Notes under the pieces: model-generated
Told to the model about the DNA's origin: nothing
What the model saw: only the letters and a program-made list of their open reading frames with translations
Database searches by the model: none
From: Nitrososphaeraceae archaeon
GTDB lineage: Archaea > Thermoproteota > Nitrososphaeria > Nitrososphaerales > Nitrososphaeraceae
Direction of reading: 5' to 3'
Assembly (NCBI GenBank): GCA_035250975.1
Contig: DATFEP010000064.1
Coordinates: 32,001-96,000 of the forward strand
DNA: 64,000 nt
Program-made: the position numbers and the translations under genes
In this document: piece by piece, positions 61,786-64,000 of the stretch
Numbering within the stretch: the first letter of the stretch is position 1
Layout: each line of letters opens with the position of its first letter

Positions 61786-63179
61786 ATGGTCAATAACATA
61801 ATACAAACAATCAATCCTCCTATTAATAAAGTTCTTGCCGAATATGAAGTTGAAGATGAACAAGATGTATCAGATATTATTGATAAATCTAAAAAAACAT
61901 TTGATGGATGGAAAGATGACGTTCATACTAGACGAGATGTATTATATACTGTTTCAAAGGAACTAAAAAAACACAGAGAAGAACTTGCTAAAATTGCCAC
62001 AAACGAAATGAGTAAGCCAATAAAAGAGGCAAGGGCAGAAGTAGAAAAATGTGCTACTGCAAGGGAATTTTATGCATATAATGGAGAAATATACCTACAT
62101 GAAGAATCTATCAATACAGATGCTAATAAAAGCATAATAAAATTTGAACCTCTTGGTGTAATCGGAAGCATAATGCCTTGGAATTTTCCTTACTGGCAAG
62201 CATTGAGATTTGCTGCACCATGTTTAATGGCTGGAAATACAATTGTTCTCAAACCAGCTAGCAATACTATACAATGTGGTATCGAAATAGAAAAACTATT
62301 TCAGAAAGTAGGATTAGATAATGTTTTTCAGACACTGATAGGAAATTATCATGTTGCAGAATATCTTATAGATTCTAATGTTAACGGTATAACATTTACT
62401 GGAAGTGTAGATGTTGGTGCCAAAGTTGCAAAGAGAGCGACCGCTCAATTAAAAAAATGTGTTTTGGAGCTAGGTGGAAGCGACCCTTTTATAGTATGCA
62501 AAGACGCAGATGTGGAAAAAGCCTCAACAGGAGCTGTAAAGGGGCGATTTATAAATTGCGGCCAAAGTTGTATTGCATCAAAACGATTTTTTATTGTAAG
62601 AGAAATAGCTGATGAATTTATCGAAAAATTTGTCCAAAAAACAGAGAAATTAAGAATAGGAACCCAATGTCTGGAGAGACCGATATTGGTCCTCGGGTAA
62701 ACTCAAAAAGTCTTGAGAATATAGACGAACTTGTTAAAGATGCCTTAAATAATGGTGCAGAACTTGTTATTGGAGGTGAAAAAATAGAAAGTAAAGGATT
62801 TTTTTATAAACCGACAATATTAAAGAATATTTCTGATGGTTCTAGGATCGCAAAGGAAGAAACATTTGGACCTGTTGCCCCAATAACTATTGTAAATGAT
62901 GAAATAGAAGCTATAGGACTGGCAAATGACTCGCAATTCGGATTAGGCGCGAGCATATGGACTTATGACCTAGAAAAAGCGGAGAAACTAGCAAATTGGA
63001 TGCAATCAGGCATAGTAACAGTGAACAATGTCGTTATTTCCGATCCGAGAATCCCTTTCGGAGGAATCAAAAAGAGTGGTTTTGGAAGGGAACTTTCAAG
63101 ATACGGTATGTTAGAATTTATAAATGTTAAATCCATTAGGTTTTATGATGAGCTTGTAGTAAATCATTATGTGGAGTGA
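61786..63179 (+). pseudogene. Frameshifted NAD(P)-dependent aldehyde (succinate-semialdehyde-type) dehydrogenase
   Basis: PWNFP, LKPA, FTGS, ELGG, GQSC in ORF1 and EETFGP, FGG in ORF2; one base missing near 62661 (RIG[N]PMS). Confidence 0.82.
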
Positions 63180-63184
63180 TATAG

Positions 63185-64000
63185 ATGGCAAATCAAGGTT
63201 TGGAAAATGTCTTACTCCTACAAGGAGGAGGTTCATTGGGTGCTTTTGGTTGTGGAGTTTACAAAGCACTTGCAAAAAATAAAATTAATATAGATATTCT
63301 TGCTGGAACTTCAATCGGTGGAGTAAATGCAGCAATAATTGCTGGAAGCAAGAGTGACAGACCAGAAAAAACATTGGAAGAATTTTGGTTAGAACTTGGA
63401 GAAAATTCAATAAATTTAGACACTTACTTTTCCCCATTGTCATCACTTATGGATTACGATTCCTTATCTAGTTACCTAAATTCAAAAGAAAACTGTTCAA
63501 ATTATAGATCATTGTTATCGTTTTATAGCTCGTCCTTTTATGGAAACAATGCAATGTTTCTACCTCATGGAGATCGGATTTGACACCTAATTCATCAGAT
63601 TCTATTGATCCTATACATTGGACATATGTGTACGACAATTCACCTTTAGAAAGGACTCTAGAAAAATACGTTGACTATGAGAAGCTGAATCCTACAGGAA
63701 AACCAAATGGGCGTCTAATAATCACTGCTGTAAATGTATTAACAGCTGAACCATTAACATTTGATAGTTCTAAACAAAAAATCACATCCAAACATATACT
63801 CGCTACGTCTGGATATCCTTTCTATTTTTTACCCTGGACCGAAGTAGAAAAAGATGTGTATGCCTGGGATGGCGGTCTTTTAAGTAACACACCTTTGAGA
63901 GAAGTAATAGATGCATCTCCTGTTAATAATAAACAAGTATTCCTAGTTGAGAATTACCCGAAAAATATAGAAAAGCTGCCCGAAAATATACCAGATGTTT
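63185..64000 (+). pseudogene. Frameshifted patatin-like phospholipase (runs past the window end)
   Basis: GGGSLG and GTSIG in frame 1; after one missing base near 63566 it continues WRSD...WTYVYDNSPL...WDGGLLSNTP. Confidence 0.82.

Noticed and set aside
62655-62670. Programmed frameshift in ALDH
   Set aside because: No canonical slippery heptamer or stimulatory structure; mutation or sequencing error is simpler
1-64000. CRISPR array, tRNA or rRNA genes
   Set aside because: No regularly spaced repeats or GC-rich structured RNA segments were seen, despite the Csa3-like gene

Overview
AT-rich archaeal DNA, most likely from a soil Nitrososphaerales (Nitrosocosmicus/Nitrososphaera-like) genome. 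This assignment is inferred from thaumarchaeal-type cupredoxins, a NirK-like copper oxidase, a DUF6659-like protein, DpsL, PAC2 and an archaeal AMP phosphorylase. I found no rRNA, tRNA or CRISPR array. About 1.7-59 kb reads as a stress/hypoxia-survival island. It holds four USPs, two stand-alone CBS proteins, an M50-CBS protease, an Rv2004c-like kinase-fold protein, P-type ATPase and NRAMP-like Mg2+ transporters, PolX, a CoA-disulfide reductase, a bacterial-type GAPDH, a CoA-transferase, a CBS-HPF ribosome hibernation factor candidate, AMP phosphorylase, VIT1, a rhodanese-MBL fusion, DpsL and an NDH-2 fusion. At its centre is an unusual minimal group-3b-related [NiFe]-hydrogenase locus: large subunit, truncated small subunit, hypFCDE, a divergent protease, a tandem Cys/His metal-binding protein and an active/inactive pair of class II aldolase paralogs. 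The gene content closely parallels the mycobacterial DosR dormancy regulon. An IS6 element, an IS5 relic and several pseudogenes (ALDH, patatin, NucS-like fragment) are also present. All family calls come from motif recognition by eye; no database searches were run.
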